Source: Antedon mediterranea (taxonomy: Eukaryota > Animalia > Echinodermata). From it: a stretch of 64,000 bases of DNA. A program made the translations under genes and the position numbers. The stretch spans positions 34,903,648 through 34,967,647 of the forward strand of contig NC_092673.1 in assembly GCF_964355755.1 (NCBI RefSeq), read 5' to 3'. Positions within the stretch are counted from its first letter, which is position 1. Each line of letters starts with the position of its first letter. The notes under the pieces were generated by a model, which saw only the letters and a program-made list of their open reading frames with translations, had not been told where the DNA came from and ran no database searches. This document shows positions 40,274 to 54,205 of the stretch, one piece after another.

Positions 40274-43200
40274 GCTCCTGTGTGGCAGGTGATATGCTTA
40301 TTCCCTTTACAGTCCAAACTCCTGTGTGGCAGGCAATATGCATTCCCTTTACAGTCCAAGTTCCTGTGTGGCAGGCGATATGCTTATTCCCTTTACAGTC
40401 CAAACTCCTGTGTGGTAGGCGATATGCTTATTCCTTTTACAGTCCAAACTCCTGTGTGGTTGGTGATATGCTTATTCCCTTTACAGTCCAAACTCCTGTG
40501 TGACAGGTGATATGCTTATTCCCTTTACAGTTCAAACTCCTGTGTGGCAGGCGATATGCTTATTCCCTTTACAGTCCAAACTCCTGTGTGGCAGGTGATA
40601 TGCTTATTCCCTTTACAGTCCAAACTCCTGTGTGGCAGGTGATATGCTTATTCCCTTTACAGTTCAAACTCCTGTGTGGCAGGTGATATGCTTATTCCCT
40701 TTACAGTCCAAACTCCTGTGTGGCAGGTGATATGCTTATTCCCTTTACAGTCCAAACTCATGTGTGGCAGGCGATATGCTTATTCCCTTTACAGTCTAAG
40801 CTCCTGTGTGGCAGGTGATATGCTTATTCCCTTTACAGTCCAAACTCCTGTGTGGCAGGCGATATGCTTATTCCCTTTACAGTCCAAGCTCCTGTGTGGC
40901 AGGCGATATGCTTATTCCCTTTACAGTCCAAACTCCTGTGTGGCAGGTTATATGCTTATTCCCTTTACAGTCCAAACTCCTGTGTGGCAGGTGATATGCT
41001 TATTCCCTTTACAGTCCAAACTCCTGTGTGGCAGGTGATATGCTTATTCCCTTTACAGTCCAAACTCCTGTGTGGCAGGTGATATGCTTATTCCCTTTAC
41101 AGTCCAAACTCCTGTGTGGCAGGTGATATGCTTATTCCCTTTACAGTCCAAACTCCTGTGTGGCAGGTGATATGCTTATTCCCTTTACAGTCCAAACTCC
41201 TGTGTGGCAGGCGATATGCTTATTCCCTTTACAGTCCAAGCTCCTGTGTGGCAGGCAATATGCTTATTCCCTTTACAGTCCAAACTCCTGTGTGGCAGGT
41301 GATATGCTTATTCCCTTTACAGTCCAAGCTCCTGTGTGGCAGGTGATATGATTATTCCCTTTACAGTTCAAATTCCTGAAAATTCTCAACCTACCTACTC
41401 TCGCATACAGAAGGCAAAGAGCTCATTTGATACAGATTTTTAAAATTTTACATGGAGTGGATAGTATTTCTGCTGATTCTTTTCTTGAGCGTGATGAAGA
41501 TGTTAGAACACGTGGTCATTCTTTTAAATTAAAATTTAAGTTCTCACGCACAAATTGGATGAGGGACTCATTTGGTCGAAAAGCTATTATATTATGGAAT
41601 TCGTTATCGGAGGATGTAGTAGCTTCAAGATCAACCAATCAATTTAAGTCCGGTCTTAAACGGGCATGGTCCAACCACCCTCTTAAATTTGCGCCATATT
41701 CAAGAGTTGATGTAATTATCAAGAGGGGCTTATAGGCATAGCCTAGCCTCGACTCCGGACCCAGCATTGCTGAGCTCCGGAAACAAGTAAGTAAGTAAGT
41801 AAACAAGTAAACTGTGTGGCAGGTGATATGCTTATTCCCTTTACAGTCCAAACTCCTGTGTGGCAGGCGATATGCTTATTCCCTTTACAGTCTAAGCTTC
41901 TGTGTGGCAGGTGATATGCTTATTCCCTTTACAGTCCAAGCTCCTGTGTGGCAGGTGATATGCTTATTCCCTTTACAGTCCAAACTCCTGTGTGGCAGGT
42001 GATATGCTTATTCCCTTTACAGTCTAAGCTCCTGTGTGGCAGGTGATATGCTTATTCCCTTTACAGTTCAAGCTCCTGTGTGGCAGGTGATATGCTTATT
42101 CCCTTTACAGTCCAAACTCCTGTGTGGCAGGTGATATGCTTATTCCCATTACACAGTCTAAGCTCCTGTGTGGCAGGTAATATGCTTATTCCCTTTACAG
42201 TCCAAGCTCCTGTGTGGTAGGTGATATGCTTATTCCCTTTACAGTCCAAGCTCCTGTGTGGCAGGCGATATGCTTATTCCCTTTACAGTCCAAACTCCTG
42301 TGTGACAGGTGATATGCTTATTCCCTTTACAGTTCAAACTCCTGTGTGACAGGCGATATGCTTATTCCCTTTACAGTCCAAACTCCTGTGTGGCAGGCGA
42401 TATGCTTATTCCCTTTACAGTCCAAGCTCCTGTGTGGCAGGTGATATGCTTATTCCCTTTACAGTCCAAACTCCTGTGTGGCAGGTGATATGCTTATTCC
42501 CATTACACAGTCTAAGCTCCTGAGTGGCAGGTAATATGCTTATTCCCTTTACAGTCCAAGCTCCTGTGTGGCAGGTGATATGCTTATTCCCTTTACAGTC
42601 CAAGCTCCTGTGTGGCAGGTGATATGCTTATTCCCTTTACAGTCCAAACTCCTGTGTGGCAGGCGATATGCTTATTCCTTTTACAGTCCAAACTCCTGTG
42701 TTGCAGGTGATATGCTTATTCCCGTTACAGTCCAAACTCCTGTGTGGCAGGTGATATGCTTATTCCCATTACACAGTCTAAGCTCCTGTGTGGCAGGTAA
42801 TATGCTTATTCCCTTTACAGTCCAAGCTCCTGTGTGGCAGGTGATATGCTTATTCCCTTTACAGTCCAAGCTCCTGTGTGGCAGGTGATATGCTTATTCC
42901 CTTTACAGTCCAAACTCCTGTGTGGCAGGCAATATGCTTATTCCCTTTACAGTCCAAACTCCTGTGTGGCAGGTGATATGCTTATTCCCTTTACAGTCCA
43001 AACTCCTGTGTGGCAGGTGATATGCTTATTCCCATTACACAGTCTAAGCTCCTGTGTGGCAGGTAATATGCTTATTCCCTTTACAGTCCAAACTCCTGTG
43101 TGGTAGGTGATATGCTTATTCCCTTTACAGTCCAAACTCCTGTGTGGCAGGTGATATGCTTATTCCCTTTACAGTCCAAACTCCTGTGTGGCAGGCGATA

Positions 43201-45955
43201 TGCTTATTCCCTTTACAGTCCAAACTCCTGTGTGGCAGGCGATATGCTTATTCCCTTTACAGTTCAAACTCCTGTGTGGTAGGTGATATGCTTATTCCCT
43301 TTACAGTCCAAACTCCTGTGTGGCAGGTGATATGCTTATTCCCTTTACAGTTCAAACTCCTGTGTGGTAGGTGATATGCTTATTCCCTTTACAGTCCAAA
43401 CTCCTGTGTGGTAGGTGATATGCTTATTCCCTTTACAGTCCAAACTCCTGTGTGGCAGGTGATATGCTTATTCCCTTTACAGTCCAAACTCCTGTGTGGC
43501 AGGCGATATGCTTATTCCCTTTACAGTTCAAACTCCTGTGTGGCAGGTGATATGCTTATTCCCTTTACAGTCCAAGCTCCTGTGTGGCAGGTGATATGCT
43601 TATTCCCTTTACAGTCAAAACTCCTGTGTGGCAGGTGATATGCTTATTCCCTTTACAGTCCAAGTTCCTGTGTGGCAGGCAATATGCTTATTCCCTTTAC
43701 AGTCAAAACTCCTGTGTGGCAGGTGATATGCTTATTCCCTTTACAGTCCAAGTTCCTGTGTGGCAGGCGATATGCTTATTCCCTTTACAGTTCAAACTCC
43801 TGTGTGGTAGGTGATATGCTTATTCCCTTTACAGTCCAAGCTCCTGTGTGGCAGGCAATATGCTTATTCCCTTTACAGTCCAAACTCCTGTGTGGCAGGT
43901 GATATGCTTATTCCCTTTACAGTCCAAGCTCCTGTGTGTCAGGTGATATGCTTATTCCCTTTACAGTCCAAACTCCTGTGTGGCAGGTGATATGCTTATT
44001 CCCTTTACAGTCCAAACTCCTGTGTGGCAGGTGATATGCTTATTCCCTTTACAGTTCAAACTCCTGTGTGGCAGGTGATATGCTTATTCCCTTTAGAGTC
44101 CAAACTCCTGTGTGGCAGGCGATATGCTTATTCCCTTTACAGTCCAAACTCCTGTGTGGCAGGCGATATGCTTATTCCCTTTACAGTCCAAGTTCCTGTG
44201 TGGCAGGCGATATGCTTATTCCCTTTACAGTCCAAACTCCTGTGTGGCAGGTGATATGCTTATTCCCTTTACAGTCCAAGCTCCTGTGTGGCAGGCGATA
44301 TGCTTATTCCCTTTACATTCCAAGCTCCTGTGTGGCAGGTGATATGCTTATTCCCTTTACAGTCCAAACTCCTGTGTGGCAGGTGATATGCTTATTCCCT
44401 TTACAGTTCAAACTCCTGTGTGGCAGGTGATATGCTTATTCCCTTTACAGTCCAAACTCCTGTGTGGCAGGCGATATGCTTATTCCCTTTACAGTCCAAA
44501 CTCCTGTGTGGCAGGCGATATGCTTATTCCCTTTACAGTCCAAGTTCCTGTGTGGCAGGCGATATGCTTATTCCCTTTACAGTTCAAACTCCTGTGTGGT
44601 AGGTGATATGCTTATTCCCTTTACAGTCCAAACTCCTGTGTGGTAGGCCATATGCTTGTTCCCTTTACAGTTCAAACTCCTGTGTGGCAGGTGATATGCT
44701 TATTCCCTTTACAGTCCAAACTCCTGTGTGGCAGGCGATATGCTTATTCCCTTTACAGTCCAAACTCCTGTGTGGCAGGCGATATGCTTATTCCCTTTAC
44801 AGTCCAAACTCTTGTGTGGCAGATGATATGCTTATTCTCTTTACAGTCCAAACTCCTGTGTGGCAGGTGATATGCTTATTCCCATTACACAGTCTAAGCT
44901 CCTGTGTGGCAGGCGATATGCTTATTCCCTTTACAGTCCAAACTCCTGTGTGGCAGGTGATATGCTTATTCCCTTTACAGTCCAATTTCCTGTGTGGCAG
45001 GCGATATGCTTATTCCCTTTACAGTTCAAGCTCCTGTGTGGCAGGGCGATATGCTTATTCCCTTTACAGTCCAAACTCCTGTGTGGCAGGCGATATGCTT
45101 ATTCCCTTTACAGTCCAAGCTCCTGTGTGGCAGGCGATATGCTTATTCCCTTTACAGTCCAAACTCCTGTGTGACAGGCGATATGCTTATTCCCTTTACA
45201 GTCCAAACTCCTGTGTGGCAGGTGATATGCTTATTCCCTTTACAGTCCAAGCTCCTGTGTGGCAGGCGATATGCTTATTCCCTTTACATTCCAAGCTCCT
45301 GTGTGGCAGGCGATATGCTTATTCCCTTTACAGTCCAAGCTCCTGTGTGGCAGGCGATATGCTTATTCCCTTTACAGTCCAAGCTCCTGTGTGGCAGGTG
45401 ATATGCTTATTCCCTTTACAGTCCAATCTCCTGTGTGGTAGGTGATATGCTTATTCCCTTTACAGTCCAAACTCCTGTGTGGTAGGTGATATGCTTATTC
45501 CCTTTACAGTCTAAGCTCCTGTGTGGCAGGTAATATGCTTATTCCCTTTACAGTCCAAGCTCCTGTGTGGCAGGCGATATGCTTATTCCCTTTACAGTCC
45601 AAGCTCCTGTGTGGTAGGTGATATGCTTATTCCCTTTACAGTCCAAGCTCCTGTGTGGCAGGTGATATGCTTATTCCCTTTACAGTCCAAACTCCTGTGT
45701 GGCAGGTGATATGCTTATTCCCTTTACAGTCCAAACTCCTGTGTGGCAGGTGATATGCTTATTCCCTTTACAGTCCAAACTCCTGTGTGGTAGGCGATAT
45801 GCTTATTCCCTTTACAGTCCAAGCTCCTGTGTGGCAGGTGATATGCTTATTCCCTTTACCGTCCAAACTCCTGTGTGGTAGGTGATATGCTTATTCCCTT
45901 TACAGTCCAAGCTCCTGTGTGGCAGGCAATATGCTTATTCCCTTTACAGTCCAAG
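40274..45955. repeat. 44-bp satellite, ~120 copies
   Basis: Unit ctcctgtgtggcaggtgatatgcttattccctttacagtccaaa; recurring 46-bp cccattacacag variant. Confidence 0.97.
41379..41811 (+). mobile_element. CR1-like LINE 3' fragment inserted in the satellite
   Basis: LPTLAYRRQRAHLIQIFKILHG...RTRGHSFKL...LWNSL; (AAGT)n tail. Confidence 0.85.
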
Positions 45956-47233
45956 TGTGGCAGGATGGATTTAAACTGAAATAAATGAATGAAAAATAAA
46001 TGTCTTAGGTGGATCAAAGTTGGGACCCACATCTCCTCCCCCAAGTCAATGCAACAGACTTTAGAACACTACACTACATTTTGCAGAAGGCACTGGGCAC
46101 CTAAGAACAGACAAGGAATGACCTGGTTTAATGGGTATATATAGGTATGTTTTGTTTTTACAAAACGTCAACAACTGTAGGGATGGTGTCTATAATAAGT
46201 GAAATTAACTAAAAATTACCTTTTTCACAATAAAAATGGTACAATTAAATATTTATTAACCATTAGTATTATGTAGGCTAATCTTGCAATGCTTTCATTC
46301 TTGATACATTAAAATATAGAAATTATTCAGTTGAAATGGATGAAGCATAATACTGTAGGTAGTGATCAAGTTGTTTTAATCTGTTTTGTACCACAGAAAG
46401 GAATATCTTGTATCCTTGCACTTTTTTGTTTAAAACTATTACATTTTTGCAATGAAAAGTTTACAGGAGGTATACCACCCACATATCAAAGTAAGCATGA
46501 ACTTTTGTGGCACTTATTACAAAAATAACATCCAAAGGTTGTTTATGATATTCAAATAAATAGTCTATTTTGTTGAGGGCAGCATCTATGTAAACTGTAA
46601 ACCAATTCATAAACTGTGTTTTTGTAACTTTTGATGGCAGAATTCATTAGTTGATTTTGATTGTTCTAGGTAAAGTATGAAATTAAAATCTACAGAAAAA
46701 TTATGCAGAAAGTTAACGTTGTATTGAAGTTAAATTGTGTAAAACCCAGAATTATATTTATAAAATGTGAAAGTAGGTATACATTAAATGTGTGCATTCA
46801 GCTGTGAAACAGGAATTGAAAGAAGTAAAGAAATATAAAATAAAAGAAATTGTGCATTGACGTCAATGCTATTCAAACAAGTAAATCCCTATTGTGAGAA
46901 ATCACTGATACAGGTTGAATGTTAACAATCAACAAGTTGGTTTAAATATTTTATCTTTTGATTAATAATAGTCTGGGCTGTAGTAGATGTTAATACTAAA
47001 TACTGTACAAAATTTGCAATATCTTTCTTGTATTATGAAAGTTCTAACTGTACCTTGTACCTTACTGTACCCTATTCTTGAATACAGTGTTGCATGGGAT
47101 TCTCATTGGGATATTTATTTTATTTATTTTATTCAGTTGACAACCAACAGCGATGAAACCGCCAATAACAGGTTGAATCTAAACATAATAAACTATAATA
47201 ATACAGATAATTCATATAACTAGAACAAATCCA

Positions 47234-48812
47234 AACTAGACATGAAACTCGTCACTTTGACGAGTTAGTTATCCGCACGACAAACGCCACGAGCACGTCA
47301 TACGTTGGAATATTGCACACAGAAAAAGATTATGGCATTATGACCTGAACTGAAGAATATCATATCTTGTTAGTGCTGAATTCTGTCTATTTTGTGTCAT
47401 ATAGTATATACAGTATAATCTGTATGCATATTACATACAGTGTAGAATAGGTGAAATTACGGGACCCACCGTTTATTCAAATTTTTAACATGGCGAAAGT
47501 ATTAAAATTAAAAACTAAGATAGCAATTTCGGAAGGACATTATCTCAGCAACAACATATTAACGTGTAGAAGAAATTTGGATACGTAAAATATAGATGCG
47601 CGCTCTTTTAAAAGTGATGAACTATTACGCAAAATATGAAAATACGACTTTTTTTATTCAACTGGCCATATGATGACGTCACAACGTCGGATTGGAAAAA
47701 TGTTCACATTAATTCGTATCTACAATCAAATAGCTTCCAGGAAACATTTTAATCATGATTATCACTTTTTATTCTGACGAGCCATAACAGATTGAAATTT
47801 ACTGTAAAGATGAAAATAAATGACCCACATTATTTACATTTTTATACATGATGACGTATTAAAAATTAAAATATTTTTAACTCATGCGAAAGATAGTTCA
47901 TTGACCTAGAAAATATCAAAATCTGGGTGAAAATTGAAAATGGATAAGTGGAGAGGCGCTCTATTAAATGTGATGAGCTACGACGAAAGATACAAAAATC
48001 CTAAATTTTATATTTGCGTGGCCATACGATGACGTCATAATGTCCGGTTAGCCATATTAATACATGATCCGATATCTATAACTCATCAACTTCAAGAATA
48101 TGTCATCCACAAAAAATTGACCGTCCAGTTTAGAAATTACGACTGTTTAAAAAATGTTTTGACAAATTTTGACGAATTTTTTAACTTTTTTATCAAAAAC
48201 TCGCGAAAATTATCCAATTCTACGTGCCCGTATGACGTGATTTTAAGTCGAAATTGTTTAAAAGTTTGTAAAATTACTATAAAAGGCTGGAAAAACATAA
48301 ATCACGCGAAAAAAAAGTGTTTTGCGCTACGTGTGTGTGCGTGCGTAAAAAAATTGCGCGCGCCTGGGAATTTTTGACATGCTTAAAATTACATGAAACG
48401 CGTAGAAAGTTGATTAGAAATTGATTTTTCGCATTTTGAAATTTTAAACGCGCGTGCGCGCGTAACTTCGTGTGAAACATGTCATTTTTTTACACATAAA
48501 GTTAGCGCATGATATAAATTAAACTTATGCTAAGTTTCATTTGAAATTGTTATATGGTTTTCGATCTATCTTAAATACGCGAAAAACGTAAAATAGCGCG
48601 TAAGTCACGTTGCGTAACTCTGACGTCATTCAAAATAAGAGATGCACAACTTCACGCGAATGCCCATATGTTGACAAAGTTATGAAATGTTATGTTTACA
48701 TGTTTTAGAGATACGCTCTGCACAAAAATGACAGAAAGAAAGAAGAATACAGAAAAAAAAAGATGAAACAGGACAGTTACAAGGAGTTATCCGCTGAATG
48801 CGGATAACTAAT
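47234..48812. mobile_element. Non-autonomous hairpin-ended element (Helentron/HINE-like)
   Basis: 5' hairpin aactcgtca-ctt-tgacgagtt followed by agttatccgc; 3' hairpin agttatccgc-tgaat-gcggataact; CpG-rich interior with no ORF. Confidence 0.5.
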
Positions 48813-49744
48813 AACTGCAAAAACTTTGTTTGTTGTGAGGAAGCTATTTTAAAGATGATGGTTTAAAATTCTTTAACATTTTTCTTTGGTTGTATGTAAA
48901 GATGAGAGATAAATATTGTAAGCTTCATGAATTTTGTGTGTTTTAAGAATTGGAATGTCTATTAAGTTCATTCAAAGTTACAAGATTACCTATGTCAACT
49001 ATTATCACCAAAATGTTACATTATGTTCTATAGCCTGAGATGAGAGTTATTATTGAAGAAAAAAACGTATTTGAAATTATCATCCTGTTGCTTTAAAGCG
49101 AAGAGTCTTTTTTCTTGATAGTAAAATTTGAAATCCAGTAAGTATCTTGGTAAAGTGTTTGGTGTTTCAGTATTTAGGCTTTTATTATTTAGTATCTTTC
49201 TAGATCTTTACTTATTTTGTTAATATAGTGTATTATAATATATCTTAATTGTGTGTTTTAATATAAGGAACAATTATTTTAATTTGAAAGTTTAAGTTGA
49301 TTCAACTTAAACTTAAGTGAACACATATAAACACATTACTAACCATTGTTGTTTTATAGGAGACTCATTTGTCAAAACCTACTGTAGACCTTTTAGCAGT
49401 ACAGTAGCATATTAAATGCAGAGGCCGGGCGTTTTAGCCTTTTTCAACATATTTAAATGCTTGTTTTTCCTTTTGGGCTGTGCTTAGGGGTTTCAGTAAG
49501 CTCAATGGCCCCTGGGTTTAGCCAGTGAGCGCTCATAGCCGTTACGCCAATGTCTTTCAATACTTTTATATTGTTTTCTGTTCTTTGGTTTTTGAATGGA
49601 AAACTTTTAGATAAAAGGTTTGATATTTAATAGTGATGCTTGTCGATAGCTATTTACAAAGTTTCTCATTGTCATGGAAAGTTGCACAATTTGAATGTAC
49701 ATATATTTTAAAATCAGTGAAAACCAGTGTTACTATTTTTACAG

Positions 49745-50003
49745 GACAAAGAATGCGTAGGTGTAGCATTGAAACACACGAACAACAGAATTATTAAGCA
49801 TAGCAAATTCACCAGTGATGTGATTGGTTTAAATGATCAGTTGATCAGCAGTTTTTGTCATTCAGTAAGGAGTGGCTTCTGCTTGTGGAACCACATAAAC
49901 TTGCTTTTTGACATTCAAGATGTAGTATGCTGTACATCAAGATACCGGAGCCTCCTTTACATGTGAATGGTAACCTGAATTCTGCAAGTATTGATAAATT
50001 GAT
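49745..50003 (+). other. Candidate 5' UTR exon of NLR copy 2
   Basis: tttttacag| acceptor and |gtaagt donor, 140 bp before the start exon. Confidence 0.4.
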
Positions 50004-50206
50004 GTAAGTATGTTTGTTGGTTTGTTTACTCTGTAGAGAATACTTTACTTTAGTATAGTAAATTAGAAGATTTTGTTGATTGAACTAATTCTGCAATAGT
50101 TATTTACAAATATCTAAAGTAGAATTTTTTAATTTTTTTTTAGACAATTTTGGATGAAAACAAATGTAATACTACTATACACAGCCTAGAGGTGATCTAG
50201 TTCAAC

Positions 50207-50222
50207 ATGGCATCCACTGAAG
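50207..50222 (+). CDS. NLR copy 2, start exon coding part (MASTE); exon 50144-50222
   Basis: Poly-T+ag acceptor at 50143, Kozak-like caacATGG, phase-1 donor GAAG|gtaaga that joins 55369 in frame (MASTEEISVEAFNELL). Confidence 0.7.
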
Positions 50223-51629
50223 GTAAGATGTGGCCCTAGGTAATATTCAGTTTAAGTTTAGTTTATTTCACACAACATATAATTAATTTGTAATGATAAA
50301 TATTAAATAATATTACAATCGTCTATGTAAATACGTGATTGGTTGAAACTGCATCACATGACTACCGCTGCGAGGATCGTAAATCGTATATATCCTCGAG
50401 TACGATGATATTGACTTTTCTCATAATTATCGTGTCCCTGTCATTAAACCTATAAAATCCAGTAAATTCTCGAATACAATGATATTTACTGTGTAATTTT
50501 CATGTGGCAACACTCGCGTTTGGCGATAAATAAACAAAAGTCATCTACTGAGACTTGAACACATCATCACGAGACAACTTTTTACCCGCTGCGCCACGCA
50601 ACTTGTTTGAAGAAATTAATCAACTAAACTATTTAAAGATGTATTGTCCCTTGAAACACAAAAAATTAACAAACAGGTAAATTAATTAGATTACATTTCG
50701 TCTGAGAAATCGTCGCAAGCAAAAGTAAACAAAGATTTCAAACCATGAGTATGCATTATGCAAGATGCTAATTAGGATTGTTTACAACTCATCACGGTTG
50801 AGAAGGTGTTTTCACACAGGTCGCGAGGAAGTTTTATGATTATGCATACAGAGTAGCCAAACAAGCGCATTGCATTATGGGATATGTTTTGATTGAAAAC
50901 TTTGACTGGAAGTCAAAGTTATTTTTTGAACAAAAAAACATCTGTATTTCGGTTAAATTATTTTTTTTTTGACTAATTTTTAAAAAAACATTTTTTTTTT
51001 TAATTAGTCAAAGCAGGCCCGTATCCAGGGGGGGTGCGTTGGGTGCAGACGCACCCCCCCAAGTCCCAAAAGGTCCACTATTTCCTCGGTTGGTATTTTT
51101 TCTTGTCTTGTTTAACTAAAGACAATATCATTATATATATACAAAATTTACATTATCAATGGTATACAAACAAAAATATGCTAATATAAAATGAAAAAAT
51201 ACCGGTAATTAAATTACGGAATCTGAACTGACTACAAACTCGATGTAAAACATGCGCAGTCGATCATGTGACGACAAGCAATAGCTTAGCGCTTCATGTA
51301 CGCGGTACGCGGTAAAGTGTTTGCTGGAAATACAGACAACTTAACCGGCGGTAAAGACGCGTCTGGAAATACAGACACTATCGAATACGGCGCCTAAACA
51401 AGGGAAGGCCAACTCAGACAGCGTCGTACGACGCTGTCTGAGTTGGCCTCATCATGAAAGCGTTAAGTTCTGTTGTCCATCGTTCAACTAGCCCAAGCCA
51501 CAACAGAGAGTCTTAAATCAGTCTTTAGAGTACGTCAAATAACGCAAATTTTTCCAGGGCCTTCCGCCCCTGGACCCTGACCGGGGGCCCTTGGCGGCCC
51601 CCTGGCCCCCCCCCCCCATTTTTGCTCGC

Positions 51630-54205
51630 GGGTCATTCCATCTCAGATCACCCAATGAGTTAAACCCTACCTCTTCCAATTTTGATGAAATTTGGTATAT
51701 GGGTGATTCATAGCAATTAAAGCGAAAATTTCAAATTTTAACTTTATCGTACCAACGGTTTTCGAGATATAGCAATTTAAATTTTCGGTTTTTACGCAAA
51801 AAAGGGCGCGTCCGCCACGTTTCAAAGAGCTGTATCTCGGGAACTATAGGTTCGATTTTAAAAACAAAGGCATTTTTGTAAAGGGGAGACCATAAGGAAC
51901 CTAAATATACTAATTGTGTGTGTTTTATGTTAATTTTAAGTTGAATAAAACTTTGACATATATTTTGACCTTGAAATTGACCCCGTGGAACACGCCCGAT
52001 TTGTTGATGACCATCACGAAAAATGTAGCCCTACGTGTCAACTACAACATATAAAAAAATTGGAGGGGTTTTTTTTCTTTGTTTCCATGAAATTACAATT
52101 TGAAGTTGACATACCTCTTCCTTTTAGTGTATTTTTGGTGTCTGTCCATGCATTACTTCAATGTCAATTTGATGTATTCCAAAAATAATTTTATTTACAA
52201 ACTAAATATCATTATAATGTTACAATTGTCTATGTCTGGCCTTTACTCCTTGTCATCTGGCCAATTCAAACAGTATTTAGAAATGTTGTGGCGATCATTT
52301 TGGGAAATACTGTAATTCCTAGTCGAAGAGGATTTTATAAACGGAGAGGCTATAATACAATGTACATTTGATTCAGGAATCCAACAACAGTCTTCTTTGG
52401 ACAGCCAATAAAAGGTTTTCGCTGGCCCATGAGGATGCATAAATTTAATTTGATAATCCCCAAACTCTTCTGAGACATCCACAACCAAACCAATCCATGG
52501 GACACCATCATAACTACAGCACACAAAATTCTGAAGTCTAATAATGGTGGGTTGTGTATCAGCAACAATTTAATTTTCATCACTGAAAGATTCTTGAATC
52601 ACAACCACATCCGGAGGGTTTATCTGGGTACTAAGTTTGTAGACCTGCATCTGTGCCAGAGAAACAGGAGCAAAGCGATGATATTGTAATGTACCCTTGA
52701 TGGTCTGGGTGAGGTTGAATCTTGGCTTTATTTCTTTTTCCACAGTAGATACCTCATCTATTCCCACATGAAAAAAGTTGATGCCTGGAATGTCCATATG
52801 AGCGAGTCATATGGCCGAGCGGTTAAGGCAGGGGTGCCGTTTACCGTACCTAAAGAGCCAAGAACAACATCGGCAAGGGTTCGAGGCCGACTCGCTCCTA
52901 GTTCTGGTGGTGGAACAAGTCTTCTCGGATAAGGACTATAAACCGTAGGTCCAGTGTACACAGTTATAACCTGTGTGTACTTTAAAGAACCCAGTTCATT
53001 ATTCGAAAAAGAGTAGGGGTTACCCCAGTGAACTGGTTCACACAATAGCCCCTGTATCAGGGGGATTACCACCTATCTGATAGGACACTGATTAGTTCAC
53101 TATTGGTAATCCTTGGCCACATTGCCTAAAGACATAAAATAAAAATTAAAAATTACACAGTAGTCGAACATACTGAGAGATGTGAGAATATGACATTCAG
53201 TCAAACGCTGTAAGCTTCTCTTAGTGACAAGCCTCTTAACTGTTCCACCTATGCCATCACATGCACTCTTGCCATGTGATGTAGCGAAAAAATTCCACTC
53301 GGCGTCTAAACCAAAATCTTCCTGGTGGTGGCAAAGGTTAATAAAGTTATATTTGTTTTTGCATTGGCTGCCACATCCATCTGTGAAATAATGAACTTTT
53401 TTCATGGTTGGTAGTTTTGTTTTTAAATAGGGGATGACAACCTTTAAAAAGGCCTATACAGTTAACTGTTGTATGTTCTCTGCAATCACTTATTATGCAT
53501 ATGTTAATGTGCATAATAACATAGTAAGGACACTAAACTATGTGTCAAAATTGATTTGAAAAGTATGTGAGTTACCCAGTATTTCTCATATCAAAATATA
53601 TCTACTGTTTAAGTGGGCCTGATGAGAAAGCGTAACAATAAGACACCTTAACAGTTAGTGTTCACACTGTGTATAAAGTATAACAACACCAAAAATACAC
53701 TAAAAGGAAGAGGTATGTCAACTTCAAATTGTAATTTCATGGAAACAAACAAAAAAACCCCTCCAATTTTTTTATATGTTGTAGTTGACACGTAGGGCTA
53801 CATTTTTCGTGATAGTCACCAACAAATCGGGCGTGTTCCACGGGGTCAATTTCAAGGTCAAAATATATGTCAAAGTTTTATTCAACTTAAAATTAACATA
53901 AAACACACACAATTAGTATATTTAGGTTCCTTATGGTCTCCCCTTTACAAAAATACCTTTGTTTTTAAAATCGAACCTATAGTTCCAGAGATACAGCTCT
54001 TTGAAACGTGGCGGCCGCGCCTTTTTTTGCGTAAAAAACGAAAATTTAAATTGCGATATCTCAAAAACCGTTGGTCCGATAAAGTTAAAATTTGAAATTT
54101 TGGCTTTAATTGCTATGAATCACCCATATACCAAATTTCATCAAAATTGGAAGAGGTAGGGTTTAAAATTCCATTTTTTTTGGGTGAACTGAGATGGAAT
54201 GACCC
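51630..54205 (-). mobile_element. Sola2-like DNA transposon, internally deleted, ~510-bp TIRs
   Basis: GGG...CCC termini, 4-bp TSD tcgc, 51630-52141 inverted at 53686-54205; transposase remnant HYFTDGCGSQCKN...WNFFATSHGKSACDGIGGTVKR. Confidence 0.8.
52800..53152 (+). mobile_element. tRNA-derived SINE inserted in the transposase
   Basis: A box TGGCCGAGCGG, B box GGTTCGAGGCC, core shared with 37730-38040, A-rich tail. Confidence 0.85.

Noticed and set aside
40274-45955. Many short ORFs or a CRISPR array in the 44-bp satellite
   Set aside because: The period is not a multiple of 3 and there are no spacers; the ORFs are repeat artefacts.
52800-52900. tRNA gene
   Set aside because: A and B boxes are present, but a SINE core and tail follow and it is inserted in a transposase.
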